A stretch of DNA of 60,846 nucleotides from a virus (taxonomy: Duplodnaviria > Caudoviricetes), in the IMG/VR virus record IMGVR_UViG_3300020473_002126, positions 1 through 60,846 of that record, one strand, 5' to 3'. A model generated the notes under the pieces. It saw only the letters and a program-made list of their open reading frames with translations. It had not been told where the DNA came from and ran no database searches. Of the stretch, positions 18,761-29,199 are shown one piece after another. Made by a program: the position numbers and the translations under genes. Each line of letters starts with the position of its first letter. Positions within the stretch are counted from its first letter, which is position 1.

Positions 18761-19668
18761 ACATTTTACTTGATAATGTAAATTTCTCTTCATCTTCAGG
18801 GCCCAATAGCTTTGGGAGAAAAATTGCAAAGTCATTTATAGAAAAAGGTCACAATATCGATATTCAGAGTGTTGATGAAGTCGATGTGATTCTAACATTT
18901 ATTATGTCAAGCTTGAAAAGTAAGTTTTCACCAATGGTACAGCGTCTAGACGGTATTTATTTCAATGAGGCACAAGACTACAACGCATTAAATTCTCCAA
19001 TAAGAATGACCTATGAGATGTCTGATGCTGTGATCTTTCAATCAAACTTCAATAAGCAGTTAACTGAAAAATACTTCGGTGTGCACAATAATTCAGCTGT
19101 TATTAGAAATGGTACTTCACTAGAAGACATTGAAAAAATTATGCCCTTAAAGCATCATGCGATTGATGGTTTTGAAGAAGTTTGGACATGTGCGTCTAGC
19201 TGGAGACCTCACAAACGATTAAAAGAAAACATTAGATACTTTTTAGAGCACGCTTCTGAGAAAACATGCTTGATCGTCGCTGGAAACAATCCAGACTATA
19301 ATATCAATCATCCCAGGGTGTTTTATGTGGGCCCCTGCGATTGGGTAACACTTATATCTCTTTATAAGAGGAGTTCTAAGTTTATTCACTTGGCTTGGTT
19401 GGATCACTGTCCAAATGTTGTTGTCGATGCTAGAGCAGCCGGCTGCAAAATTATCTGTAGTTCCGCCGGCGGCACAAAAGAAATCGCTGGAACAGAAGCA
19501 ATAGTTTTCGAAGAAGATGAATGGGATTTTTCGCCTGTAAGGCTGTACCAACCACCCGATATTGACTTTACGAGAGTTTACAATAATAATTCTGAAGAAG
19601 TTTCTTTGAACATTCATGACGTTGCAGATGATTATTTAAATGTATTTAAATCTGTAGTGTTGAAATGA
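18757..19668 (+). CDS. Glycosyltransferase, GT-B/GT4 type
   Basis: SGPNSF, RPHKR, DHCPNVVVDARAAGCKII...GGTKEI. Confidence 0.88.
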   Translation: MNILLDNVNFSSSSGPNSFGRKIAKSFIEKGHNIDIQSVDEVDVILTFIMSSLKSKFSPMVQRLDGIYFNEAQDYNALNSPIRMTYEMSDAVIFQSNFNKQLTEKYFGVHNNSAVIRNGTSLEDIEKIMPLKHHAIDGFEEVWTCASSWRPHKRLKENIRYFLEHASEKTCLIVAGNNPDYNINHPRVFYVGPCDWVTLISLYKRSSKFIHLAWLDHCPNVVVDARAAGCKIICSSAGGTKEIAGTEAIVFEEDEWDFSPVRLYQPPDIDFTRVYNNNSEEVSLNIHDVADDYLNVFKSVVLK

Positions 19669-20396
19669 ATGTAACTGTAAATCACATACTATCTTTAGTA
19701 GAAAAAAAGAAAAGCAACTCTGCAATATTTCTTGGGTGCGGACCATCAATAAATGATATTGATGACAACTTTAAGGAAAAACTTGCAAGTCTTGACACTT
19801 GGTCGTCTAACTCTTGGATAATTCACAAGGAAATAGTTCCTGATTTCTATCATGTCGAAGTAAAGGCCCACCGATCTGGACCAATTTTTAAACGACTGTG
19901 TGTTGAGAAGTCTGAAGAATATAAAGACGTAAACTGGATAATTGACGGTTCTAGACCTTACTTGCTGGATTACGTTAGGCCGGACTTGTATGAGTCACTT
20001 TACGCTTATCCTAAGTTTTATAGACAAGAAGAGTCAGGAAGATACAAACCACACCCACAAGCGATCGCAGTCAGCAACAATGCTAGCTTAACTGTTATTT
20101 TAGACATCATGGCACGAATGTCTTATGAAAAAATATACTTCTTGGGTGTTGACATGTACTCTAGCAAGTATTTTTGGACAGAAAATAGCGAATATGATGA
20201 TGTTAATATTCCAGAAATCATCAGGACATGCAAACCCGACGAGCGTCCTCCGGATTCAAACCACCCTACACAAAAGCTAAAAGATTTTATAGTTGATTTC
20301 GGAGACGAGAACAATATTGAGATGATAAACCTATCACCTAAAAGTTTGCTCGCTTCTAGAATGAAAACTATAGAATTAGGAGAATTAAATGTTTAA
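19665..20396 (+). CDS. Maf/DUF115 (CstII-fold) putative ulosonic acid transferase
   Basis: AIFLGCGPS, WSSN, PDFY, ILDIMARMSYEKIYFLGVDM, INLSPKS. Confidence 0.65.
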   Translation: MNVTVNHILSLVEKKKSNSAIFLGCGPSINDIDDNFKEKLASLDTWSSNSWIIHKEIVPDFYHVEVKAHRSGPIFKRLCVEKSEEYKDVNWIIDGSRPYLLDYVRPDLYESLYAYPKFYRQEESGRYKPHPQAIAVSNNASLTVILDIMARMSYEKIYFLGVDMYSSKYFWTENSEYDDVNIPEIIRTCKPDERPPDSNHPTQKLKDFIVDFGDENNIEMINLSPKSLLASRMKTIELGELNV

Positions 20397-21288
20397 GACA
20401 GATCTATTTGGAAAACAATCACCACAAAAAAAACAAAATCAGTGGGTTCAAAAGAGAATAGATGGATTCAATATGCACCTTAACCCGTATGACGGCGGAA
20501 TATCGGCCGCCCTATACTCCATGGGGGGAAGAGAAAAAGCATTCATGGGAATTCTTCAAAACACTGTGACAGAAGGAATGACATGCCTAGATCTCGGGGG
20601 AAACATAGGATATACAACACTCTATATGTGCCGCGGCGTCGGAGCAACAGGAAAAGTTTATGCTGTCGAACCTGACCCAAATAACATTGAACTTTTAAGA
20701 GCTAATATTTCTGAAAATGGATTTAATGATAAGTGTGAAATAACACAATGTGCAATATCAGATAGCGACAAAACTCTAGAATTTTGGCAGGCTGACAAAC
20801 CTAATCTAAGCAGTGTTCATAAGACTAAACACAGTACTGACAAGATAGAGGTTGAAGCCTATAGTTTGAGCACGTTCTTTAAAGATAGAGACTTTCCAAA
20901 TTTTATTAAAATGGATGTTGAAGGACACGAGGTATCGATATTTCAGGGTGGTCTAGATTATTTTTCAAACAACAGTGAAGACCACACTTCTATTCTTCTA
21001 GAAGTTCATCCTCATTTTTATAGTAAAGACAATGATTTTGAAGCCGTGCTAAAAGATTATTTCTCAATAGGTTTTAAGGCCAGGTTTACTGTTGCAACAC
21101 CTGTCCCTAGGCCCAAGCTTTTTGTTGAAGCAGGATATGAACCACTGGCAGAAATCTGGACTGATGGATTTCATAGAGGTGTCTACGGCGAAATATCAAA
21201 TGACGACTTGCTTAGATTTGCTTGTCGAGAAAACATCGAAGGAACTAGCAAAAAAATAGTAAGAAGCTTTATGCTTTCAAGAAATTAA
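20389..21288 (+). CDS. FkbM-family methyltransferase
   Basis: LDLGGNIGY, VYAVEPDP, FIKMDVEGHE. Confidence 0.92.
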   Translation: MFKTDLFGKQSPQKKQNQWVQKRIDGFNMHLNPYDGGISAALYSMGGREKAFMGILQNTVTEGMTCLDLGGNIGYTTLYMCRGVGATGKVYAVEPDPNNIELLRANISENGFNDKCEITQCAISDSDKTLEFWQADKPNLSSVHKTKHSTDKIEVEAYSLSTFFKDRDFPNFIKMDVEGHEVSIFQGGLDYFSNNSEDHTSILLEVHPHFYSKDNDFEAVLKDYFSIGFKARFTVATPVPRPKLFVEAGYEPLAEIWTDGFHRGVYGEISNDDLLRFACRENIEGTSKKIVRSFMLSRN

Positions 21289-21289
21289 T

Positions 21290-21946
21290 ATGAGAAAGAC
21301 ATTTGTAAAACTTGATATGCCTACAAGAAAGTATTCAAAATTTCTTAAGGTACAAGAGTTTCTAGATACCAACGCCGCGTATGAAACGATAAATCACGAT
21401 CTTTTTGCAGCCCAAAGCATACACATCGAGACAGCCTTTTCTAAGCTATTTGATTACATTTCATCCAAGAATAGAAAAGTTCAGTTAGTTGAAATTGGAA
21501 CTTTTAAAGGCGGTCTCACGGTAATCATAGATACATTTGCAAAATCTAGAAATCTAGACTACACGTTTACAACTTACGATATAACAGACAGATTAATAGA
21601 AGAAAAAACATTTAAAATTTTTGAAAAAGCGGGTATCAAATTTTTAAAAGAAGACCCCATGGTCAAAGATGACTTATTTGACAAGGACGCGCTTTCTGTG
21701 TTTTTCTGCGATGGCGGTAATAAAAGCAATGAAGTAAATAAAATGATGTCTATTTGCAAGCCAGGTGATATTATAATGGGTCATGACTATGGTTACGATA
21801 GTAATTCTTTTCAAAAGAAAGAGTGGACAGCTTTTGAACTATCGTTTAATCAACTAAAATCCGCTTATGACAAAAATAATTTAAAATTTATCTTTAAAGA
21901 AGAGATGGAAGAAGCTGTCTGGTTTTGTGCAGAGAAGCAAAAATGA
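21290..21946 (+). CDS. Class I SAM-dependent methyltransferase (CmcI/Methyltransf_24-like)
   Basis: VEIGTFKGG, TYD, FCDGG, KPGDIIMGHDY. Confidence 0.8.
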   Translation: MRKTFVKLDMPTRKYSKFLKVQEFLDTNAAYETINHDLFAAQSIHIETAFSKLFDYISSKNRKVQLVEIGTFKGGLTVIIDTFAKSRNLDYTFTTYDITDRLIEEKTFKIFEKAGIKFLKEDPMVKDDLFDKDALSVFFCDGGNKSNEVNKMMSICKPGDIIMGHDYGYDSNSFQKKEWTAFELSFNQLKSAYDKNNLKFIFKEEMEEAVWFCAEKQK

Positions 21947-22587
21947 AAGATAATTTAGTAATATTGACAGTTTGCAACGAACCGTACGTTAAGGTGATGA
22001 AAAACTTGATAGAAACTTTAGAAGAGTTTCATCCGGAAGTACCTATAAAAATGTTAGCACTAAACCTTTCTACAGAGTCAAAAAATTACTTTGCATCACT
22101 TCACAACAACATTAACTTTATTGACGACAACTACAGTGATTTTGATGGATTTCATGAAGAGCGAGCATATTGTGAAAGCTGTAGAACATGGAACATTAAA
22201 GATCTGTTAAGATCAACTGGCAAGAATGTTTTTTATCTAGACGGAGACGTCTATCTTGAAGACAAAATAGACGAACTATTTGACTTTTTCAATTCTGTTG
22301 ATTTTTGCGCTAGAATAAAAGTTGAAGATCCACTTAGGTTTAACGCTGGAATGATTTTTGTTAAGAACACTCCTAAAAATATTGAAATTGTAGAAGAGTG
22401 GGAAAAAGCTACAAGATCGCATGGCTGGGTTTGGCTAAGCGCCCAAAATGAACTAGGCGATGTTCTTCAAAATTACAAGCAAGATGTAGTTGTAAAGACA
22501 TTTCCAAAAAAGTTTGATGGAATCGACACAAATAAAGAGTCAGTTCTGGTTCACATGAAGGGCCCACAAAAAAGAAGGCGAAAATGA
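21943..22587 (+). CDS. Nucleotide-diphospho-sugar transferase (GT77/GT8-like, GT-A fold)
   Basis: FYLDGDVY, FNAGMIFV, AQ, VHMKG; ATGA overlap fixes the start. Confidence 0.75.
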   Translation: MKDNLVILTVCNEPYVKVMKNLIETLEEFHPEVPIKMLALNLSTESKNYFASLHNNINFIDDNYSDFDGFHEERAYCESCRTWNIKDLLRSTGKNVFYLDGDVYLEDKIDELFDFFNSVDFCARIKVEDPLRFNAGMIFVKNTPKNIEIVEEWEKATRSHGWVWLSAQNELGDVLQNYKQDVVVKTFPKKFDGIDTNKESVLVHMKGPQKRRRK

Positions 22588-24350
22588 TACGGTATTTTAC
22601 AGCTGTTGACAAGAACTACGGATGGTGGGCAATCCACCTCCTAAGATCTTTTAAAAACAATGCACCCGCTTCAGATGTGACATGTTTTATTTTAGGAAAG
22701 CCTTCTCAATTAAATGAAATAGAAGAGCTGAAAGAGCTTCTAGAGGTAGCCAACCCATCTGCACGATTAATTTATGTAGATCCGACTAGCTGGTTTAATG
22801 AAATTGATGAAGGTGCAATGGGAAGAATTACAGCTGGTTATCGAACTGTAGTATTTTCAAATAGAGCATTTTTTAATGATGATGATACGTTGATTTGGGT
22901 TGATGCTGATTCAATAGTGAGAAAAGATTTGACCGAAGTAGAAGAATTTTGCAAAAAAGATTTTGATGTTTCTGCAAGAGGAAAAAATGCACACTTAAAA
23001 TTCGCTTCAGGATTCATCATATCAAAACCCACAGAGGGATCAAGATTATTTTCTAATGCCTTGTTTAGAAACTGGAAAAAACGATTTAATGAAAATGAGT
23101 GGACAGCAGATCAAAATGCTTTTAATGATGCAGCCGCAGAGCTTTACGGGTCATCAAGTGTAATAAAAGCTCCTCGCGGATTTTGCGATGTTTGGTTGAG
23201 TGAAGAAGGATCGATTTGGCAAGCCAAACACCAAACAAAGTTGAAGAAACGCTATGTCGATGAAATGAACAAACATCGAATTGATGAGTGTGATCTCCCT
23301 TTGTGGAAAAAACTCTCTGAAGAAAACAACAAGGTTGTTATTGATGAGACAAGATTTTCATACAAGGGTATAAAGTTTAATTTTATGGGTTTAGACGGTG
23401 AAGAAGTTTTCGAATACATTAGAGAAAACAATAGTTTTTATAATGTCGATTTTCTAGAAAAGCTCAGTGATCTAAAAAATGAAGATGCAACTGTTATCAT
23501 CGGCGGCGGGATACAAAATACACAAGTATATTTAAATGCATTTACTGACACTGTAGCTACAATTACTTTTGAACCTAATCCTAAAATGATTGATGTCGGT
23601 CTTCGCAATGGACAAAATAATTACGGTGCTTCTAGAATGTATGGCGGAGAAAAATTTGCAAAGCAAGAAGATTTCTTAGAAGAGGGAATTGAAAATAAAA
23701 GAAAGCAAAATCTGTGTTACATGTATACTAATTGGAGGGCTGATTTTCCCAAAGGATCTGTGGAGATTGCGTCTCTCGGTATGTCAAGATATCAAGGCGT
23801 TACTTATGACTATGACGGTTTTGTTTGGGAAGAACGAAAAGCAATACCAGATGTCATAGATGTTTGTGACGTGACAAATCTAAGACCAGACTTGTATAAA
23901 AAAATTAGAAAGACAGTCTATAGAAATGTCAGCCTAGAACGATGGAATCAAGCTAGAAAACATTTAATAGACAAGGGCGGGGAAAATAGATCGATCGTAT
24001 CTTCAAAATTTAGTTCATTAGACGAGGCAATGGACTTAATGTGGCGAGGAATGTGCGGCACACCAAACAATAGAATAACTCAAGTAAAACCCGGGTACGA
24101 TTTTGGAAAATTAGTAGGATTACTTGTCATATCTGTTCCTGAAATTTCTCATGAAATTTTAATGTCTGGAAAAGATACAATTGAATTTTTCAAGCCTCAC
24201 TTAGGAATCGTCTATGTAGACGACGAATCGGGTGCTAAAGAAAAGATAATTGACGACATGCTTCCAAGTTTTTACGTAAAAGAAGCAGTTTACCCTGACC
24301 AACTAGATAAAAATGTAAAGTGTGCTGTATATAGAAATAGACGGAGGTAA
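22584..24350 (+). CDS. GT-A glycosyltransferase fused to a degenerate FkbM-like domain
   Basis: IWVDADSIVR, FASGF, WTADQ; C-half has IIGGGI...TFEPNP and ILMSGKDTIEFFKP echoing FkbM. Confidence 0.65.
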   Translation: MIRYFTAVDKNYGWWAIHLLRSFKNNAPASDVTCFILGKPSQLNEIEELKELLEVANPSARLIYVDPTSWFNEIDEGAMGRITAGYRTVVFSNRAFFNDDDTLIWVDADSIVRKDLTEVEEFCKKDFDVSARGKNAHLKFASGFIISKPTEGSRLFSNALFRNWKKRFNENEWTADQNAFNDAAAELYGSSSVIKAPRGFCDVWLSEEGSIWQAKHQTKLKKRYVDEMNKHRIDECDLPLWKKLSEENNKVVIDETRFSYKGIKFNFMGLDGEEVFEYIRENNSFYNVDFLEKLSDLKNEDATVIIGGGIQNTQVYLNAFTDTVATITFEPNPKMIDVGLRNGQNNYGASRMYGGEKFAKQEDFLEEGIENKRKQNLCYMYTNWRADFPKGSVEIASLGMSRYQGVTYDYDGFVWEERKAIPDVIDVCDVTNLRPDLYKKIRKTVYRNVSLERWNQARKHLIDKGGENRSIVSSKFSSLDEAMDLMWRGMCGTPNNRITQVKPGYDFGKLVGLLVISVPEISHEILMSGKDTIEFFKPHLGIVYVDDESGAKEKIIDDMLPSFYVKEAVYPDQLDKNVKCAVYRNRRR

Positions 24351-24351
24351 T

Positions 24352-25242
24352 ATGAAAAAAATAGCTTTAATGTGTGGATATTTTGGAGGAAGACCCTCTG
24401 ACAATAAAGGCAACATCTACAGAAGACCAGACGGTTCAGAAATCAATGGCATCTGGCCTTTAGAGCTTCCAGCTTTTTTAGTTTCTTGTGAGAAAAATTC
24501 GTCAATTGATTGGAAAATAGTTACAAACCTTACACCGCCTGAAAACCCACCGAAAAATGTTGAGTTCATAAATGTTGAACTGGAAGAATTGTTCGAAAGG
24601 TTCCAGAAAAAAGTTGGCGTACCTCTTCCATTTACTAATCTTAAAAAGATGGGAGATGTGAAGTCTACATACGGTATTATATTTGACGACATCCTTAGTG
24701 ATTATGACTTCTGGGGTCTTTGTGATATGGATATTATTTGGGGTGACATTAGGAATGTAATAACTGATGATTTACTAGAAGAATATGATATAATTTCATC
24801 TCGCGAAGGAAACATGTCTGGTCATTTTAGTTTATTTAGAAACATACCAGGCGTCGCAGACATATGTAGATACGTTCCAGGTTTTAGTGAGACATGGACA
24901 CAGACCAGATATCGAAGCTTAGATGAAGTTCAGATGTCAAATTTTTTAAAAAGAAGGATTATTAAACCAGACGGAAAAGATTTAAAAGTCTTGATGAAAA
25001 AAATTCAGCATGACGCCGGGGAAACAACACCCGGACAATCAGATCCAGAATCTCAAGAAGTTTGGAAGTGGATTGATGGAAAAGTTTATAGATTACAGCA
25101 AAATAGCGGTATAGTTGAAAAAGAACCACTAGAATCAATGTACGTTCATTTAATTCACTGGAAATTTGTTATGAATGAAGTTAATATAGACCATACTCAA
25201 CATGTCAAAGAGATGACAATAACAAAAGAGAAGATAGTTTAG
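24352..25242 (+). CDS. DUF6625-like putative glycosyltransferase
   Basis: GGAGG Shine-Dalgarno; YFG, FLVSC, KKMGDVKSTYG, YDFWGLCDMDIIWG, GHFSLFRN. Confidence 0.75.
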   Translation: MKKIALMCGYFGGRPSDNKGNIYRRPDGSEINGIWPLELPAFLVSCEKNSSIDWKIVTNLTPPENPPKNVEFINVELEELFERFQKKVGVPLPFTNLKKMGDVKSTYGIIFDDILSDYDFWGLCDMDIIWGDIRNVITDDLLEEYDIISSREGNMSGHFSLFRNIPGVADICRYVPGFSETWTQTRYRSLDEVQMSNFLKRRIIKPDGKDLKVLMKKIQHDAGETTPGQSDPESQEVWKWIDGKVYRLQQNSGIVEKEPLESMYVHLIHWKFVMNEVNIDHTQHVKEMTITKEKIV

Positions 25243-25251
25243 GGGTTTGTT

Positions 25252-26568
25252 ATGTCAACAAAAGATAAAATAAAAGAAATAATGAGCCGCTTCCAGACTT
25301 CTGATAGCTCTAGAAAAAATGGGCCGGCAACTTATCTTGGCAATACACCAGATATCTTCAAGGCTTACGAGACAAAAAACCCTGATGATCTCCCAATACC
25401 TCAGTGCGTTCAATTTGAAATTACAAACTTCTGTACAACTGGGTGCAGAATGTGCTTCCGATGGACATGGTTAAAACAGCGAGACTATGATGAAACCGCA
25501 GAACTAACTGTTGAAAGACAAATAGAGTTGTTTAAAGAACTGGCTGATTTAGGAGTAAAAACTTTTTTGTGGACAGGCGGCGAACCTGTTTCCCACCCAG
25601 AGTTTGTCAGGTTAATTAAAGCAGCACACGGTTTTGGCGTAGAAGTCGGTGTATTGAGTAACGGTGTAGGAATAGATAGAAAAATAGCAGACGCAATGGT
25701 TCAATATGGTTCATGGGTTCGAATATCGCAAGATGATGTAAAGACAGACTTTGAGAAAAAGAATGTGAGAACTGTTTTAGAAGCACCGTCTTATGGAAAG
25801 AATCACGGCGATATTTTTGAAGAACTTGACAAGTCTATAGGAAATCTAAGAAAAGCAATGGAAGAGCACCCAGATTCTAACTTTTCAATAGGTTTAGCAT
25901 TCACTATTCAGAAAAACAATGTAAGAAGCATCCCGGAGATGATAGCATACGCAGAAGAAAACAAAATTAAAGCTTCAATGAAATTAGCTCACGGTGAAGG
26001 CGGCAAGTACTTGTGCACAAAAGAAGATCTAGACTGGATAAAGAATGATCTTCTTACAAATGATGACTTAGTTAATTCTGAATATTCAAACTTAAACTAT
26101 TTGAAAGACTACTTTTTAAATCTGTTAGACGAACAAGACATTATTGAAGGACTACCTACAAGAAAATATTATGACAACAATGATATCACATGCTTCACAA
26201 CAGAGTTGTTTTCTTTGATTGATGCGTTCGGGCGTACTTACGTTTGCTGTCACTTGTATGACGATAATGGCACGTTTAAATCTGATCAAAGAGACAAATA
26301 TAACATTGGCGATGTGACTACTAATAGTTTTGAGTCAGTCTGGAGAAGCAATGCTTATCAAAAAATAAGAGAAGAGCTTTCTCCAATCGATGTCTGTAAT
26401 ATGCATTGTTCCAACTGTACTAGACATTGGGTTCCAAACACTGTTTTAACGTCCTTACACAAAGAAGTATTTACACCATTGAAAGAAGAACTAGGCTTAG
26501 AAGAAGGACTGAAAGAATATAAAAAAGCTGCACTAGATCTTTCAGTGAATACACCTGTATGGCACTAG
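25252..26568 (+). CDS. Radical SAM enzyme with SPASM/twitch domain
   Basis: CTTGCRMC, TGGEP, SNG; C-terminal C...G.TYVCC...IG...CxxC. Confidence 0.92.
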   Translation: MSTKDKIKEIMSRFQTSDSSRKNGPATYLGNTPDIFKAYETKNPDDLPIPQCVQFEITNFCTTGCRMCFRWTWLKQRDYDETAELTVERQIELFKELADLGVKTFLWTGGEPVSHPEFVRLIKAAHGFGVEVGVLSNGVGIDRKIADAMVQYGSWVRISQDDVKTDFEKKNVRTVLEAPSYGKNHGDIFEELDKSIGNLRKAMEEHPDSNFSIGLAFTIQKNNVRSIPEMIAYAEENKIKASMKLAHGEGGKYLCTKEDLDWIKNDLLTNDDLVNSEYSNLNYLKDYFLNLLDEQDIIEGLPTRKYYDNNDITCFTTELFSLIDAFGRTYVCCHLYDDNGTFKSDQRDKYNIGDVTTNSFESVWRSNAYQKIREELSPIDVCNMHCSNCTRHWVPNTVLTSLHKEVFTPLKEELGLEEGLKEYKKAALDLSVNTPVWH

Positions 26569-26569
26569 T

Positions 26570-27472
26570 ATGAGAAAATCTAGGTACAGATCGGTAAAGA
26601 ATAGACCTAGAGAAAAAGAGTATAGAGACTGGGCCCAACATCTTTTTGATGATACTCTAGAATCATTAAAACTTGATAAGCTTAGAGAAATATGCAAAGA
26701 CAACAACCTCCCAAAGTCAGGAAATAAGTCCCGATTAGCCAAGAGGATTAAAGATAATTTAACTTTTTGTACGCACGAATTTTTAAAAAACGAAAAAACT
26801 GTTTTTATTAAGTGCTACAAATATGATTATATTTCTGAGTGTGTACGCTTAGATAATAACTTTTATGAATGGAAAATACTTGACAATATTAATGACTTAA
26901 GCTTAAATCCAGGTGTTCTTGTTGACATAGGTGGGCACGTGGGTAATCACTCTTTGTTTTTTTTAATGTTTTCTAGTATTGAAAAATCTTATATTTTTGA
27001 ACCTAGAAGAGACCTCTGCGATTTAATTAAGCATAATGCAAAATTAAATAATTTAGAAAAAAACATAGAACTGAATTATCGTGGAGTCAAGGCTATTGCT
27101 GACAGAAAGGGTAAGTTTGATTTTTTAAGAAAGAAAGACTTTAATTTAGGCACGGGTAAGATTTTAATAAAAGAAAAGGGTGATGTACCTGTTGATACAG
27201 TTGACAATCTCTTTAAAGAAATTTCTGTCTCTGTTATGAAGATTGATGTTGAAGGATTAGAAGAGACTGTTTTAAAAGGTGCAAAATCAACAATACAAAG
27301 AGACACACCTGTAATCATCGTCGAATCAAATGTAAAAAGCAAAGAAGATAGCGATCATACAAAGGGCTTAGATGAAATATTAGATAGGTTAAAGCCAACC
27401 AAGTATGAAGTTTTCTATAGAGATGGTGCAATTCCGGGCCCGTTCACCTATATTTTAAAGCCAACATTGTAA
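26570..27472 (+). CDS. SAP-domain / FkbM-family methyltransferase fusion
   Basis: LESLKLDKLREICKDNNLPKSGNKSRLAKRI fits the SAP consensus; VDIGGHVGNHS, FEP, MKIDVEGLE. Confidence 0.8.
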   Translation: MRKSRYRSVKNRPREKEYRDWAQHLFDDTLESLKLDKLREICKDNNLPKSGNKSRLAKRIKDNLTFCTHEFLKNEKTVFIKCYKYDYISECVRLDNNFYEWKILDNINDLSLNPGVLVDIGGHVGNHSLFFLMFSSIEKSYIFEPRRDLCDLIKHNAKLNNLEKNIELNYRGVKAIADRKGKFDFLRKKDFNLGTGKILIKEKGDVPVDTVDNLFKEISVSVMKIDVEGLEETVLKGAKSTIQRDTPVIIVESNVKSKEDSDHTKGLDEILDRLKPTKYEVFYRDGAIPGPFTYILKPTL

Positions 27473-27495
27473 ATTTCAGACTTAGATACTATAAT
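27467..27495 (+). promoter_or_regulatory. Sigma70-type internal promoter
   Basis: TTGTAA-17 bp-TATAAT, then GAGG Shine-Dalgarno. Confidence 0.6.
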
Positions 27496-27510
27496 TTTCT
27501 TGAGGAAATA

Positions 27511-28089
27511 ATGATAGATTTTGAAAATATTGAAGAAAAATTTGAAAATGCTGTAGCCTCCAAGCAGTGGAAGAATCTTGTAAAAGACTTTCTTTCAGTT
27601 GATCGCATTTACTTAATTGGCAATGGCGGGCTCCATTTTACAGCAGCCCATGGAGCAACTGATTGCACCAGACTGATACCAGATAAGCTTGTAATGTCAT
27701 TTGATTCAAGCGGATATATTACATCATGCGCGAATGATCATGGATATGAAAATCTTTTTATACGGTGGCTTGAAACTTCTGGAGTAACAGATACCCCTGA
27801 AAAGACGATGGTGATAGGTCTTTCATGCTCTGGGAATTCAAAAAATATTACTAGAGCCTTGTCGTGGGCAAAAGCGTCAAAACTTAAAACAGCTATGATC
27901 TCTGGTCAAGAATCTAAGCGGCTAGAAAAAGGAATAAATGAAGTAAATCTAAACTGTCGATATTTTCACACTTGTGAAGTTTTGACATTGATACTATTTT
28001 ATCAACTAATACACGAAGCAGGCCAATCTTGCCCTGCTATTATTGATGAAATTAAGCGAAAAGATCCGTGGGCACTGGGAAAAGAATGA
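27511..28089 (+). CDS. SIS-domain sugar-phosphate isomerase, divergent GmhA-like
   Basis: IYLIGNGG, ITSCANDHGY, LSCSGNSKNI; lacks the GmhA C-terminal QExH. Confidence 0.8.
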   Translation: MIDFENIEEKFENAVASKQWKNLVKDFLSVDRIYLIGNGGLHFTAAHGATDCTRLIPDKLVMSFDSSGYITSCANDHGYENLFIRWLETSGVTDTPEKTMVIGLSCSGNSKNITRALSWAKASKLKTAMISGQESKRLEKGINEVNLNCRYFHTCEVLTLILFYQLIHEAGQSCPAIIDEIKRKDPWALGKE

Positions 28090-28490
28090 AGCAAGAAATA
28101 AGAGAACATTCCTTTCCAGATGAAACTTTTCAAGTAGGCATAGATTTCGACGGCGTCATTCATGCAAATTCAAAAGGATTTTATGACGGTACTGTTTACG
28201 ATGAGCCTATACCGGGTGCCAGAGAAGCATTAGCAAAACTATCAGAAAGATTTGTAATAATCGTCTATAGCGCCAAAGCCAGAAAAGATAGAATGTTGAT
28301 TAACGGACAAACTGGTGTAGATTTAATATGGGAATGGCTTAAAAAGCACGACATGGATGGGTTTGTTAAAGATGTTACAGCAGAAAAACCTCGAGCAGTT
28401 TTCTATATTGATGACAAAGCTGTAAGATTTAACGGTGATTGGCCTGAGACTTTTCAGAACTTGCAGAAATTTGGGTATTTAGATGACTAA
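28086..28490 (+). CDS. Small HAD-superfamily phosphatase
   Basis: IDFDGVIH, YSA, KP, YIDDKA; ATGA overlap. Confidence 0.85.
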   Translation: MKQEIREHSFPDETFQVGIDFDGVIHANSKGFYDGTVYDEPIPGAREALAKLSERFVIIVYSAKARKDRMLINGQTGVDLIWEWLKKHDMDGFVKDVTAEKPRAVFYIDDKAVRFNGDWPETFQNLQKFGYLDD

Positions 28491-29199
28491 CGTATACGCA
28501 CTACAGACAGCCAGAGCCGGAAGTAAGTCAGTAAAGAGCAAGAACACCCTGCTGATTGATGACAAGCCACTATTTCAATATCCAGTTGAAAAAGCTTTAA
28601 ATTCAAAGAAAATAAAACAAGTTTATATTAGTACTGACATTTATCTTGTCAAAAGAAACCCTGATAACCTGCCCTATAGGGTAATATCTAGACCAGAATC
28701 TTTGTGCGGTGATGATTCTTCTCACCATGATGTCATGATTCACGGATTAAAAGAAATAGAAAAAAGAGAAGCAGAACAAGTCGATATATTGGTCGTTTTA
28801 TTGGGAAACTCTCTAGGCGCAGAAAGTCACGTATTAGATGAGGCGATAAACTTTTTAATCGAAAACCCAGAGTATGATTCGATCCAAAGCGTTTCAGAAT
28901 TCAACATGTTTAATCCGTTTCGTGCGTTTACAGTTGAAAACGAATCTCTAAAAACTTACATGAGTCAAGAAGATATCTTGAACGGAAAAAAGATAAAAAA
29001 CATTAATGATAAAAAATCAGCAGGAGACATATACTTTGCCAACGGTTCTTTTTTTATATGTCGAAGAGACATTCTGTTGAAAATGGAGGGAATGCTTCCC
29101 TTTCCTTGGTTAGGGTTTAATATAAAACCTTGGGTACAACCAGTGACAATGGAAATAGATGCATATTGGCAAAGTTCAGTTCTAAAGGATCAAGTATGA
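28483..29199 (+). CDS. CMP-ulosonic acid synthetase-like cytidylyltransferase
   Basis: ARAGSKSVKSKN, ISTD, RPESL, NGSFF, EID. Confidence 0.88.
   Translation: MTNVYALQTARAGSKSVKSKNTLLIDDKPLFQYPVEKALNSKKIKQVYISTDIYLVKRNPDNLPYRVISRPESLCGDDSSHHDVMIHGLKEIEKREAEQVDILVVLLGNSLGAESHVLDEAINFLIENPEYDSIQSVSEFNMFNPFRAFTVENESLKTYMSQEDILNGKKIKNINDKKSAGDIYFANGSFFICRRDILLKMEGMLPFPWLGFNIKPWVQPVTMEIDAYWQSSVLKDQV

Noticed and set aside
27511-28089. Canonical gmhA and an ADP/GDP-heptose pathway
   Set aside because: The QExH motif is missing and no heptose kinase or nucleotidyltransferase is in the window, so the symbol is withheld
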